From: Tricharina praecox
Lineage: Eukaryota
DNA length: 64,000 nt
Assembly (NCBI RefSeq): GCF_024521635.1
Contig: NW_026250405.1
Location: 806,001-870,000 of the forward strand
Reading direction: 5' to 3'
Shown in pieces: positions 38,942-50,691 of the stretch. The notes under the pieces are model-generated. The model saw only the letters and a program-made list of their open reading frames with translations. It was not told the DNA's origin and searched no databases. Within the stretch, counting starts at the first letter, position 1. Each line of letters begins with the position of its first letter. Position numbers and translations under genes: made by a program.

Positions 38942-41900
38942 AGCTTTCTGGCCATGTAACGTCGTATCGAATGTTCTTCGCTGGGAGCGGATGGGGGGTG
39001 GGACCGCCCCCCGTACATATATTCCGCCGCTGCACTGGGTCGGAACGGAAAAGTGGGATTTTATCCACCCGCAAGAGTCCGCCTCACCGACCGACAATAT
39101 GGGTCGGAGAAAGGAGCGGGAGTTGGAATCACCATCTCGTCGGTATGTAGGTACAAGGTCCCGCCCAGCGGAACGTCTGCGGTGGTAGATGGGTGCGCGG
39201 ATTGCATAAGGAGTGTGGCCAAGAGCTATGAACCTGGTTCTCTTACTCTGTATGTCGCCCCCATACATGGCCCTCCCTCAGAGGAGGTTTTCTGGAGTTT
39301 AGTCCGAGATGCAGCTGCTTCCTCTGGTACATATCGTAGAAACCACCACACCGGTGCGAGGGGATCTGCCTGTCTACGTGCACTGGGCTACCCATAGGTT
39401 TGCAACACCAATGCGGGGGGATTTCATGTACTCCTTTGTCGCACCAGTCGACAAGCCTCGGTTTGGGGGCCAGGACGGGGAACGACGTAGTGATCCCCCA
39501 AGGATCCCCCTATGCATAATACATACATAAGTGCATATATGCCAGTGCTAGCCAGCATTGCGACCTCCTGGATTGAATCCATGGGGAGACGAACGCACAT
39601 CTCCCGGGCGTTGGCAAGCTAAGAAAGCAAGACAGAGGGGCAAGTGTCCAGTGTCCACGGATTATATGCCAATTTGCAGGCAGGACGCACACATGTGCGG
39701 TGCAAAGGGCGGGACGAAGTTCCAACCATGGAGGTTGTGGCCGGTATATAAATTTTGCTATTGAGTGGTGGAATTCATGGTGTGATGGATGCCTATTGGC
39801 CGCATAAAACTACCTACATACTTCGAGACATCTCAGGATGGTTGCACCGGACCGATCCCGGTAATATCAGCTGGAGAGTACTATGTATTAGTAGTAGAGT
39901 GTGGTTGGTTTCCTAGGTTTCCTTCATCTGTGGCTAAAATCGACCAGAAGGCCTCGTATTTCCACGACAAGCTGGGGGCTAAAGCGAAAACCGCTCGAGC
40001 TGAGAGGGAAGAAATGTGGCGGCCTTGGACTCTTGGAGCCATCGGACCGTCCTACTCCCATCTGTAAACACCGCTAACTATATACCCAGAGGGGAGGTTT
40101 TGCGCTTAGGGAGGATCCGTCGAATAAGGTTCGTTAGCGGCAATTGCTAGCGTACCTAGGTCTCAATTGCAGATTTAGCCACCACATATCAGCTAAGGAG
40201 AGATGGAGTATGTAGCATACCGGTAACGTGTAGTGCACAGCTCCGTGATATGGAGTGGTACATATACAGTTCCCGGTGGACGTTGTGAATTTTTGTAGCT
40301 TTGTAGCTTTGTAGCTTTGTGGTGTGTGGCGCGTGGCTAAAGTGGCCCGTCGGCCATCAGCTCAGTTGAGAAAGTCCAGATCCCAGGGAAAAACAGGCAA
40401 AGCGATCGATTGCGAGGTTGAAGCGATATGGGGTATCCACTTCACTGCCAGCGGTAACTAACGCAGAGTCACCGTCTCACAGACCTCGAAACAAGCGCGG
40501 ACCGATCGTGAACGAGACCGAGCCGTCCAGCAAACCACACGCCACAGCAGCATTGTAGCATTTCGTGTCTTCGAAATGGGACGAGAAAGTCCATCCGCCG
40601 GATTGCGCATGTAAACACTCACCCCAAGTAACCAGGCAGCTTCCTGCCGAGATAGCCATCTTATGTAACAGCGTGCCTTTGCATTGCAGGCTGCGCTTCG
40701 TATATCGATGCCCGTTGCCTATTCTCCAACGGTAGGCACAATCGCGAACGTTTCCTCTCCCGAGCGGCTACAGAGTGCACACACCAATGAGGAAACCGCC
40801 GTGGCGCCGGTGCGGCGCGGTAGATGGTTGCAGCTTGCAGCCGCGATGTCACCTTTCAAGGTCCATTTATTGCCTCAACCCGAATCCAACTGCCAGATAG
40901 ACATACCCTTGAGCTTTCACTGGGGATGGCAATGCACGGATTTAAGTCGACCTTCCCCAACGCGGCAGCTGCCAGCTCTCGTCCATTGACTCCAAAGGGT
41001 TTTCCTGGGATGCTGTGTTATGCGGCATGGGGGTTTCGAAGAAATAATGCCAAGCTCACTTCATCTGCTGGCCTGTAGCTCGCTTCCGGGCTTATTCCGA
41101 CCTCCCGTAACGGAATACCGACTCTTCACATGTACATATGTAGTGTAAATAGAGTGCGTACACTCAGCATGTGTGTATACCATCGGTGGCGGCCCAGTCG
41201 CAGCATAGGACCTGCTCGAAAGGTACGGTAAGCAATGGCATTTCACGAAGAAGTAGGTACATACCTACCGCTCCAGGTGGTGCGAAGGACTTGCGACGCT
41301 TCACCAGATTATAACCAGCATTAGTTATAGTAGTATCTACTGTAGTTAGATGCAGATCTGCCGAAAGCTTCACCGCACTGGAGTTGACACTTACCTCGCC
41401 ACCGTCGCACAGTGCTTGCGAACAACATGTACGTACCATTTGCCGGGAGTGTCTTGAGAAGAAAATGATCTGACATGTCTGTATCGAGACCCCACATTTC
41501 AGTTGTCAGTTTGACGCCCGGTTGTGGTTAACATAGGTGCTATACATACCAAGCCGAATGGCAATCGCGAACCACCGTTGATTCCGGCAGGTGAAAATGT
41601 ACAATCTACATACGAACGGGGTATGTAGATAGATGGGTTTCAGTTTGAAAATAGAGTATCCAACACCCGAGGCGAGCTAGCAGCGACACATGTAGGTATG
41701 TATCGCTGGGCTGCCCCCGAGTCGGTCTGAGACAGCAGGAAACGGGGAAATACACGAGAAGAAGAAGTACCTGAGACAATATTGGCCTTTCCTTCGTTAT
41801 CCACTTGCTCGGAACCACTTGCTGACCGGTAACCATCTAACTAGAGGCTATTTTCGGCCAGACTACGATCGAATGTATGTACATAGGTAGGTACAAATAT

Positions 41901-43817
41901 TGCAGATCAGATCGTCCTTCCGTGCTCGATTTTCCGGAGTCCGGGCCGTATGTACTGGTACTGCGCAGCACACAGACCCCGACATCGGGATACAGGAGCA
42001 CACACCAACCTTCACAGCTTCCGCCTTGGATCCGGAAGGTATACCGACGCACTGGAATCCGACATCTGACCTGCCGTACGCGTTTCCCTCAGAGATTCGA
42101 CGTCCAAGCACCACCACCAGCCCTCTGAACCAACTGCTTCTGAAACAACGCAGGTATGCATCCAATCCAAAAACTGTCGCAACTTTGTTTGCATGTGCAA
42201 GTCGTGAGAGATGTGCCCCGCGTTTCTTGGATGAATTGGATGAGAGTGCCGGCGTGGCTCGCTGAGGGGAACAGAAAGGCTGAGATGTTTTAACCTCGAG
42301 AATTCCAGACACAGAGTGGAAGACCTCCCGCCGATGTATGTGCATGGGCTTTGTTCGCATGGTACCTGATGGGAAAGGGTGGCTTCCTGTAGATTCAGTA
42401 GATTCTGGCGGATGTCGGCGATCTCTGACCAATGAATCAAGCAACTTGTCGACTGCCAGCTCTTGCCTGTGATCTTTAGTTCTGGGCCGGAAGCACAGGT
42501 CTCCTAAGGGTGCTAGACAACGCCACGCGCGTGCGATACTTGCAAGTCTTGATGACATATATTTCCCGAGTGCGGTCACATATAGGTAGTGTTCGTCTAG
42601 GCCTGCGGACGTCGAATTAGTTATCGGTCGTGTTGACGAGCAGTGGCAGGCTCGCCAGACTGTCAGGAGTCATCTGGTAGCAAAGTACACTGAGACAGAA
42701 GTAGACTGATAGTGCGTCGAGGCCAGAATAAGCTTGAAAGTGATGACTGGTGTCAGTTGTACCAATTTTGGTTGCTGAGTTGTGTTGTGGTGGTAATGGG
42801 AGTTGAAGATACTCACTCACTCGGGTCGGGGTGCCGGGTGGTCCCCCGTGTGAGAATGGTATGTGTGAGTCGCCATTGTCCTTGGTGCCGTCTCGATGAG
42901 ATGGGAAGACGCTTGCCCGAAAAGATCAGGCCGTAACTCCTTTAGGAAACGACCCAGAAAGCACTCCTGGAGCAGGCCGAGTGACAATTACGAGTCGGTA
43001 TGTACTCTACACACGACTCTTTAAGTAGCCATCTCTACCTATCAAAACCCACTTCTCATACTGCTACCGACTAGATTACTCCCACCGAGGAACTAGACAT
43101 CTCTCCTCTAATTCCAAGCTTCCCAGATTACACTTCATTCCATCATGGAGCCGACCGGCCGCCCGTCCGGTCGTCGCGGACTCGCGTTTCCGGAGCGACG
43201 GGTCCAGATTACAGACATGCCTCCCTTCCATCCGGGCCGAGGTGAACGTGGATCATTCCTTCACAAGATGCTTATCGGTAAGTTCTCGCCCAAGGACGTT
43301 CCCGAATGAATGGAGCAGGTTTCAGTTTCAGTTTCAGTTTCCCGGTGAGCGGGTAGAATCATAAAGTATCACTCGCGGATAGCTTCAAGCGGCTTGGAAA
43401 AAGACGTGGGAGTGGGCAAGGATCGCTTCCAGATCAGATCCGAGGCGTTTTTCGCAGACGAACGGTGCAGCTGTGCCTTCTGCTGCGCTTCTTTCGGTGC
43501 AATACGCCCCCCGAGTGACGGACGTGAGCGTCGATCCCATCGTGTCCATCAACGCTGGGTATGTGCCGTCCAGCTACGGTAGGGGTAGGAATACGGCATC
43601 TTCTGGGGGTCGCTTCAGCGGGTATATCGGAATACTGGGGAGAACGGCTACAACACGGCACGCAGTGTCGTACCTAGATAGTCGATTGATCCCACGGACG
43701 TATCACGTCCTCTATACGTACGTACAACCGGAGCACACATCGCATGATAGTTTGATACGGATGTCTGAGGGGTTCGACTCGTATCTACACAGTTGAATCT
43801 CAGCATTTGGAGAATCA

Positions 43818-44136
43818 ACCGGTTTTCTCAAACTTCCGGCGGCCCGTAATTGAGGATACATGCAGCGGCCGTGTCCCAAGGGCCTGAGGGCTCCGACCTC
43901 GGCCCATCCCCTCAAAAGAAGCATTCTGAGCTATGAAAAAGTTCCAAAGCTGTTGCTATAAGCTATAAGCTATAAGCCCCCGCACACATCTCACTCGAGT
44001 CCACACTTGAGTTGCCTGCGGAGAGGTAAAGATGTTCCATTTCCCCACGTATCCATGAGTTTACTAGTACAGGATACACGCATGCATACACACACACACA
44101 CGATAGGCGGCCATTCGTACCAGCCAAACAGCGCAC
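43818..44136 (+). repeat. Dispersed direct repeat, copy 2 (homologous to 5-342)
   Basis: Same colinear blocks as copy 1, with a shorter (CA)n and a local GCTATAA tandem expansion. Confidence 0.92.
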
Positions 44137-44189
44137 AGCGACACGACAGAACTACACCACCCCTCTACCTAACCACTTTCTCGGGACCC

Positions 44190-45593
44190 TCATACCGCCT
44201 GCCCGTCAGCTTCATCTCCTCTTCGCACGTCCGTGTAATCTCGCCACATATCCTCTGCGATTTGATCCCTCAATTCCGCCATATGTCTTCCTCCGTTCCC
44301 CTGTACCGCTTCACTTTCCTCCTCTACACCCGTATCCGTTTCTGCATCTATTTCTATACTTTCTTCCCGTGAACTGTTTCCATCTCCATCGTGTACTTCT
44401 ACTTCCACCCCAGTTCCCCTCCATCTATCCAGCTCACTCGCATCGTTGTTTTTTCGAATGAAATTGTGCAGAGCGGTAAGGGCAAAGACCAGCTTGACCC
44501 GAGTGGCGTGGGGATACTCAGCAGGAGCGAGAAGGATGCGGAACCGCCGCTTCAAGATTTCAAAGATGGGTTCGACACCGCTCCGTAATTGCGCATGACG
44601 GAGGTTGAACAGCTCCTCCTTGTTCTGTGGTGGGTTTTGTTGTGGTTGATGATGATAACGGACACTTCGGTAGGGTGGGAGAAAGCCCGGCCTCAAGCCG
44701 TGGCCAGCATTTATTAGATAGTAGCTTCCAGGCAGTACCACAAGGTCACCACCACCCAAAGCAGCTTGAAGCTCTCGATCATCATCGTGTACCGATCCTT
44801 CCCAACCATCAGGCAAAACATGGCAGAACAATTCGTCAAAGATACACATTCCAACAACGTTCTGGCCAACGAGGTCTCCTTTGCGGTTTCGGTTTCGATA
44901 TCGTACTTCATGTCTTCCGTCCGGCACGTGTACATCGGCATGATTATGGGTACTACCGTCTGCTGGTGCTGCTGCTACACCAAGGCAATCTTTGAAGTAC
45001 GGAAAAATTTCCGGATCGTTACGGATACGTGGAGGAGTGGTCGTAGGAGTAGGCTGGCTTGCGGCGGCTGCAGCAGCAGCAGCTGGCTGCTTGACAACAG
45101 CCGAGTAAAGCGCCGCCATCGCGTCGAGAACCTTTTTGAAGGCGCGGCTGACGGTGTCGCCGCTCCGTCGAAACTGTTTCTGTGCCGCACGGTTGGACGC
45201 GTTCTCGCCGACGATTTTGAGAAAGATTGCGAGCTGCTCTTCGACGGACATGTGCCGCGTCGGTTGCAGGTGGCCGTGCTCCATACACCAGTCGCGGAGA
45301 GCGAGAAATGTGGCTAGAGGCATGCGGAAGACGTCGAGAATCCGTTCGTCATCGCCGCAGGATAGAAGCTCTTCCACGTACTCGGAACCGCTCGATACAG
45401 GGGTGTGCGGCGGAGGTTCGTCGTAAATAGGAGCTGCCCATTCGCCAACAAGAGCTGCAACGGCAAACAATACTTGTGGGGTGAGGAAGTTGCAACCGCT
45501 GGACATTGTGGATGTTGTTGTACGGATTCGGGAAGCTGGTGATGAATGCCAGCATAGGTAGCCTATTTCAGTGATCGGATTGTCCACCACCAT
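44190..45593 (-). CDS. PIF/Harbinger (HARBI1-like, DDE_Tnp_4) transposase-derived protein; intact ORF with a degenerate catalytic site (alternative start ATG 45506)
   Basis: Motifs FRMPLATF, SVEEQLAIFL, FRRSGDTVSRAF, PYFKDCLG..DGSTH, RKG..QNV, GWEGSVHD, YYLINAGH, PYRSVRYH, ELFNLRHAQLR..VEPIF.ILKRRF, ALHNFIR and LRDQIAEDMW. Confidence 0.9.
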   Translation of the reverse strand: MVVDNPITEIGYLCWHSSPASRIRTTTSTMSSGCNFLTPQVLFAVAALVGEWAAPIYDEPPPHTPVSSGSEYVEELLSCGDDERILDVFRMPLATFLALRDWCMEHGHLQPTRHMSVEEQLAIFLKIVGENASNRAAQKQFRRSGDTVSRAFKKVLDAMAALYSAVVKQPAAAAAAAASQPTPTTTPPRIRNDPEIFPYFKDCLGVAAAPADGSTHNHADVHVPDGRHEVRYRNRNRKGDLVGQNVVGMCIFDELFCHVLPDGWEGSVHDDDRELQAALGGGDLVVLPGSYYLINAGHGLRPGFLPPYRSVRYHHQPQQNPPQNKEELFNLRHAQLRSGVEPIFEILKRRFRILLAPAEYPHATRVKLVFALTALHNFIRKNNDASELDRWRGTGVEVEVHDGDGNSSREESIEIDAETDTGVEEESEAVQGNGGRHMAELRDQIAEDMWRDYTDVRRGDEADGQAV

Positions 45594-45721
45594 TGAAATT
45601 TGCTCGCTTAAGCTGTGAACTCTATGTAACTACCAGCAGATCGTCTGCGGGATGACGTATCCGCGCCACTACCCAACTCATATAGTTACCGCCTCCGCCG
45701 GCTCATAGCTGCTGCGCAACC

Positions 45722-46810
45722 ATGGTCCTCCCACGAATCCCATACACGGCGCCGTTCCCTCCTCCGACGCTCTACCCCGCGCACGCGACCTCGCTCCCCG
45801 CCGCGATCGCCGTACTCCACGCCTTCCTCTCGCACCCATCGCACCGCAAAACCGCACTGATCAGCGGCGCCGGGATCTCCGTCGCCAGCGGGCTGCGGGA
45901 CTACCGGGGGACTTCCGGCACCTACCGCCTCAACCAACACTACCGGCCCATCTTCTTCCACGAATTCGCCAGCCAGCACGCCTCACGACAGCGCTACTGG
46001 GCGCGCAGCTTCGTCGGCTGGCCGGCGACCGCCGCCGCGCGCCCCAACGCCGCGCACCGCGCCGTCTACCAGCTGCGCGCCCACGGCGCACTGTGCGGCG
46101 TGGTCACGCAGAACGTTGATAGCCTTCACGGCGTCGATGGTGGCGTGCTAGAGCTGCACGGGTTCCTGCGCGCGGTCGCGTGTCTGGCTTGTAAGACCGC
46201 CATCAAGAGGGATGTGTGGCAGGCCGAGCTGGAAAGGTTGAATCCGCTGTGGGCGGGGATACTGCAAGACGGCGGCGGCGAGAAGCTGCGCATGAACGCC
46301 GATGGAGATGTCGACCTCCCCAGCGCGGATTATACACAGTTCAGGTATCCGCCGTGTCCCGTATGTCTTGCAGAGGATAGAGGAAGGACGGTCAGGGTGG
46401 ATCAGGATGGGGGGATGGAGGCCGGTGGTGACGGCGTGAAGGCGGTGGTCAAACCGTGTGTTACCTTCTTTGGGGAGAGTGTGGACCCAGAGGTTAAGGT
46501 GGCGGCGGAACGCCTGGTGGAGGAGGCGGATGCGGTGTTGGTTGTTGGGAGTAGTCTGGCTACGTATTCGGCGTGGAGGTTAGTCAGGGATGCGGAGAGG
46601 GCGGGGAAGGGGGTGGCGGTGGTGAATATCGGCGGTGTGAGGGGTGAAGATGCGTTCTTTGGACAAAAGAGAGCTGCTGGAGAGAGGGTAAGGCTTGAGG
46701 TGGACGCGGCTGGGGTCTTGGCGGGCGTCGTGGAGGCGTTTGGTGGGAAGTCGGAGCCGGCGAAGGAACAGCCGTATCTGGCGGCCAGCTGGACGGGGGT
46801 GGGAGGGTGA
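45722..46810 (+). CDS. NAD-dependent protein deacylase, class II sirtuin (SIRT4-like)
   Basis: Motifs SGAGISVASGLRDYRG, RQRYWARS, PNAAH, VTQNVDSLH, LELHG, two CxxC zinc pairs, NADGDVDL, KPCVTFFGE and VVGSSL. Single exon. Confidence 0.93.
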   Translation: MVLPRIPYTAPFPPPTLYPAHATSLPAAIAVLHAFLSHPSHRKTALISGAGISVASGLRDYRGTSGTYRLNQHYRPIFFHEFASQHASRQRYWARSFVGWPATAAARPNAAHRAVYQLRAHGALCGVVTQNVDSLHGVDGGVLELHGFLRAVACLACKTAIKRDVWQAELERLNPLWAGILQDGGGEKLRMNADGDVDLPSADYTQFRYPPCPVCLAEDRGRTVRVDQDGGMEAGGDGVKAVVKPCVTFFGESVDPEVKVAAERLVEEADAVLVVGSSLATYSAWRLVRDAERAGKGVAVVNIGGVRGEDAFFGQKRAAGERVRLEVDAAGVLAGVVEAFGGKSEPAKEQPYLAASWTGVGG

Positions 46811-47224
46811 GGATGTCCTTGGGACATATCTACAGCAGGTATTGTGCATACATAATTTAGAAGGAGGACGAATACATATCGAGATTGTTGTAGTACATAA
46901 AAAAGGAAAAAAAGACCGGTATATCAAAGAAGGACAAAGCTGGCGGATCTTTTGATCAAGGCTGATACCTATCGGCAAGTCCTCGGATGTTAGTTATACG
47001 CAGCTCTCGGAATTCGGCTCGGTGTCGCATTACTGCTCGACACATGGAGCGGACGCAAATTAGCCCAGAATCCAAATGGTAGAGCGATATCGGGAGAGCA
47101 ACATATAGCAAAGACCCGGCGGCTTACCGATAGGTGTTGGGCCTTGATCGAAAGAATTGACATGATGTGAATGATGTTGCAGAGGGGTGGGTGTAAATAT
47201 ATGAAGGCTGGCCCTCCGTGGTTC

Positions 47225-47730
47225 AAGTGTTCTACATAGTCCGGCGCAGACTGCAGTCCGGACGGACTGGATGGGGTCAGTCTAGTCCCGTCCACAGCTT
47301 TTGTAGGACGGCCTAAAAATAGGTAGTCCGTCCCATCCGCTATTTTGCTGGACGGGTCGGACTACATACAGTCGACTGCAGTCCAGAAATTGCCCAATAT
47401 TTCAGCACTTATCCCGCTTGTAGGTGCAAATATTTTTACTTCATTTCGCGCTCATGCTATGTCTAAGTAGGTAATTCGCCCATAGAGATGCCTCAAATAC
47501 CGGTAACAATCAGCATGAGTCTTCTCGACGCTCTCAATTTTTCCCGCTGCATAGCATTCTGCGCTTTGATAATTCATACTTGCTTAGCAGTCGACTGCAG
47601 TCCATCCCGTCCGAACCCACCGGCAGACCAGTCCGTCTAGACGAAGCCTCTAGACGGACTAGATGTAAGTAGTCCAGTCCCGTCCATATATCCGGACGGA
47701 CTGGACTGGACTAGGTATACTAGGGAATAA
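47225..47730. mobile_element. Longer (about 505 bp), diverged family A MITE copy in the opposite orientation
   Basis: Starts AAGTGTTCTACATAGTCC and contains TAAAAATAGGTAGTCCGTCCCA (reverse complement of the 23907-23928 segment, one mismatch). Ends GACGGACTGGACTGGACTAGGTAT with a degenerate terminus. AT-richer core at about 47390-47585. No TSD recognisable. Confidence 0.78.
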
Positions 47731-48922
47731 ACCTGCTTCTCGTTGGAAGTAAGAAGCGGAAAGAAGGCTCACTTTATAGCAAATGGATCTATCTGCTTGC
47801 ATCGATGGGTTTGGATGCGGCGGATGAACTTATTGTCAAATATACTGAGATCGATAGGAGAACATTTAGGTAGGAAGATGTAACTGTTTTGTATCTTGCT
47901 TCTTCTTCTCCGGGCCCGGTTCCCTTCTATATATACAGAATATGTCTGCAATTGGGAGATAGACCGGCCGGCGAGACCAGACATCAGAGCACATCTCCTC
48001 CACCGGGTACAGTTCGCATGACCAAGTCTTTGACTCCTTCAAACAGTGCTTCTTGAAACATCACCATTGTCAGCGCCTTACAGCGGACATGAGGAGAGAT
48101 CCTTCATGTGCTCTGCACGCCGTAATCTGACACTTATGTCAGAGCCTGGAGGGCATCGACACAGCAAAATAAACGTAATGCTGGCCCTCCGGAGACAGGT
48201 CACTGGTGACTGTTCCGCAAGGCTGTGGGGAATGCCTCGCAGATAGGTAGCCATTCCCCGATCACGAGTCTTCGGATTAACAGGCGGAGAGGGCGAGTCC
48301 TACATACTGCTCTAGAGAATAACTTCTCATACCAGAACTTCAGTTGCTGACCGCAGCGAGATTAAAGTCATCCGCATGTCAGCACTTCTCATCGTGCTCT
48401 TCGAGGACTCCATAGATGGGGTATCGAGGTATTCAACACGGCTGACCCCGCAGGCGCATTGTCGACGCATTATTCATAAATATGGAAAGGTGGTAAGGAA
48501 AAATCGGCACTTGTCACCCCACCTGATAGCTCAGGCGGCCGCTTATGCCAATGGTGATGATTTGGTTCGGAGACAGTGAGATGATCGCTGGAGGAGATGC
48601 CTAGATACGCAGGTCAGCAAGGCAAGGCTGAAGCCTGAGATGGCGTTGAATCTAGCGCATTGATGAGGTGATCGTGGGAGCCCATCGGTATCGACAGGTA
48701 TGACCGCACTCGGCAAAATCTTCCCTAATCGATGCCTACTTCTTGTTCTAATGTACGATCCCGACAGATACCCGCGTGGAGTCGGTTAGACCGTCGGCCT
48801 CGGAGGTTTCCGCGGTTGTTTACAAATACCCCACACTCCGTCAGCCATTTATGCCGGGGCCATATAAACTCCACCCATCCCCACTCCACATCTCCATCAA
48901 ACAAACCAAAAAACACGCAACA

Positions 48923-49594
48923 ATGTCCGGATTCCCTTCCCTCAAGCCTTTCGCTACTTGCCTGGTATGTTATGTCCGCATCGGAGGGAACGTGGTGCGG
49001 CGCTAATTGTTGCTCTTCTTGACAGGCATCGATTGACCCCGGTATTCCGATCGGTTCGTCTCTCGGAGCTAACTATCACGATCAGCGGTGGCCACGCTAA
49101 CACCCCGCTGTAGGCCCGCTCAGCAGTGGTGGTTCGCAAATCTTCGTCGTAAGCCCCCTCCTGCTCCTCCTCCTCTCTCTACTCAACAATTCTGACCCGT
49201 CCAGAATGTCCCGAGCGCAACGATCAAGTCGGAACCGGGCGTCTCGCCCTCGTTCAACGCCAGCATCGTGATGGGCGGCGACTGGATCCACGCCGATCCC
49301 GACGGCAAGCACATGCGTCTGGACGTACGCACGGTGATCAAGACGGACGACGGCGAGCACCTGACGTACGTGTACAACGGGATCATCAACGTCACCGAGG
49401 GGATCACCAAGATCCTGAGTGGCGCGCCCGACGCAAAGACGGTGGATTTCGGAGACGTCTTTGCGACACCCAAATTCATCACCGGCAGTGAGAAGTACAA
49501 GTACCTCGAAAATTGCGTCTTTGTCGCCGGTGGCAGGTTTGTCGTCACAGATAGCGGCGTCCAGGTCGAGTATAAGATCAGTCAGGTTGTTTAG
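48923..49594 (+). CDS. DUF3237 (UPF0311) family beta-barrel protein, 4 exons
   Basis: MSGFPSLKPF start; GGDWIHADPDGKHMRLDVRTVIKTDDG, PKFITGSEKYKYLENCVFVAGGRF and VEYKISQV*. TATAAA at 48863. Three canonical introns. Confidence 0.85.
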
Positions 49595-50691
49595 GCATAT
49601 TGGGATGATGTGTACTTACCGAGGCTCGAGACTGGAATTTTGTTTTGGTGTCGATATCCATGAAATTTGTTGTATTCCGAGTGATTACACGTGCATCACT
49701 CAACCACCGTCCACTCCCGTAGGTGAAGATTTCTAGTATGATACACACCCTATGGCCAATTCTCTCTGAACCTTCTTACCGATAGACCAACTACCTACAC
49801 GAGTCTTCCTGAAGCCAGGAGTAAGCAACTACGTATCTACCTTTCTTTCCGCGATCCATCCATCCTCCCAGCCATCCCACCACTACCACTATCCTATTAT
49901 CTCCAAGCCCTGTATGCTTAGCAATCCGGCTCGTCAGTAGTTACGCCTAGCTTGCTCGGCTTCACATAGAGTAGCGAAGCTTCGCTGGAGAAAGTGCCGA
50001 AGTTTCGACTACCTACCTAGGTGCGATTGTTCAGGTGAAGACGGGAAGGAAGGAAGGAAGATGCAGGAATAGTACTAAAATTTACAACTTCCAACTTCCA
50101 ACTTCCAACTCCCAAGCTGTGCGTCCGTACTTTTTTTTTAATAATTACAGTGGAGATTCAACTGCTAGGTAGAGGGAAGATTTCAAACTGCACTGCTATT
50201 CGTACAATGATGATGACAAACTACATACTACTTCTACACGGCCCCGCTGAACTCTTCTAGGTGGAAGAAACCGATCCGCTCACAACCAACCATCTAGCCG
50301 CCGCCGCCTTTGTTTGCTCCCGTCTGCTACACAGCCGTCTAACCAACCTCTATACCATCGCCCAGACCAGCACACATCAAATGCAAAAAACAAAAGAAAT
50401 CAAAAAATCAAACCACAACTTTGCCCCCACCACCACAGGCTTCATCGACCGACACCCACGGTCCCACACACATTGCAGCAGGATATAAAGCCCCCCTAAC
50501 GAACAATCCAGCTAAACCATACAGAACCAAACCCAGACCGACGCACAAAAAAGAAGGAGAAAAAAGGAAAACGCTGGGAAGAAACCACGAAAATAAAAAC
50601 TCCCGAACAGAGAAAGGAAGAAACCCCAAGTAAAGAGAGAGAGTGTGTGTGTTGTGTGTATGTTTTGTTGCTGTGGTTCTGTCACGGTTGA

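Noticed and set aside
43770..43781. GGTTCGACTC resembling a tRNA/SINE B-box just upstream of repeat copy 2
   Set aside because: The flanks do not form a T-stem, and there is no convincing A-box or cloverleaf.
44137..45721. An intact autonomous Harbinger element
   Set aside because: No terminal inverted repeats, TAA/TTA TSD or Myb/SANT ORF could be found around the transposase.
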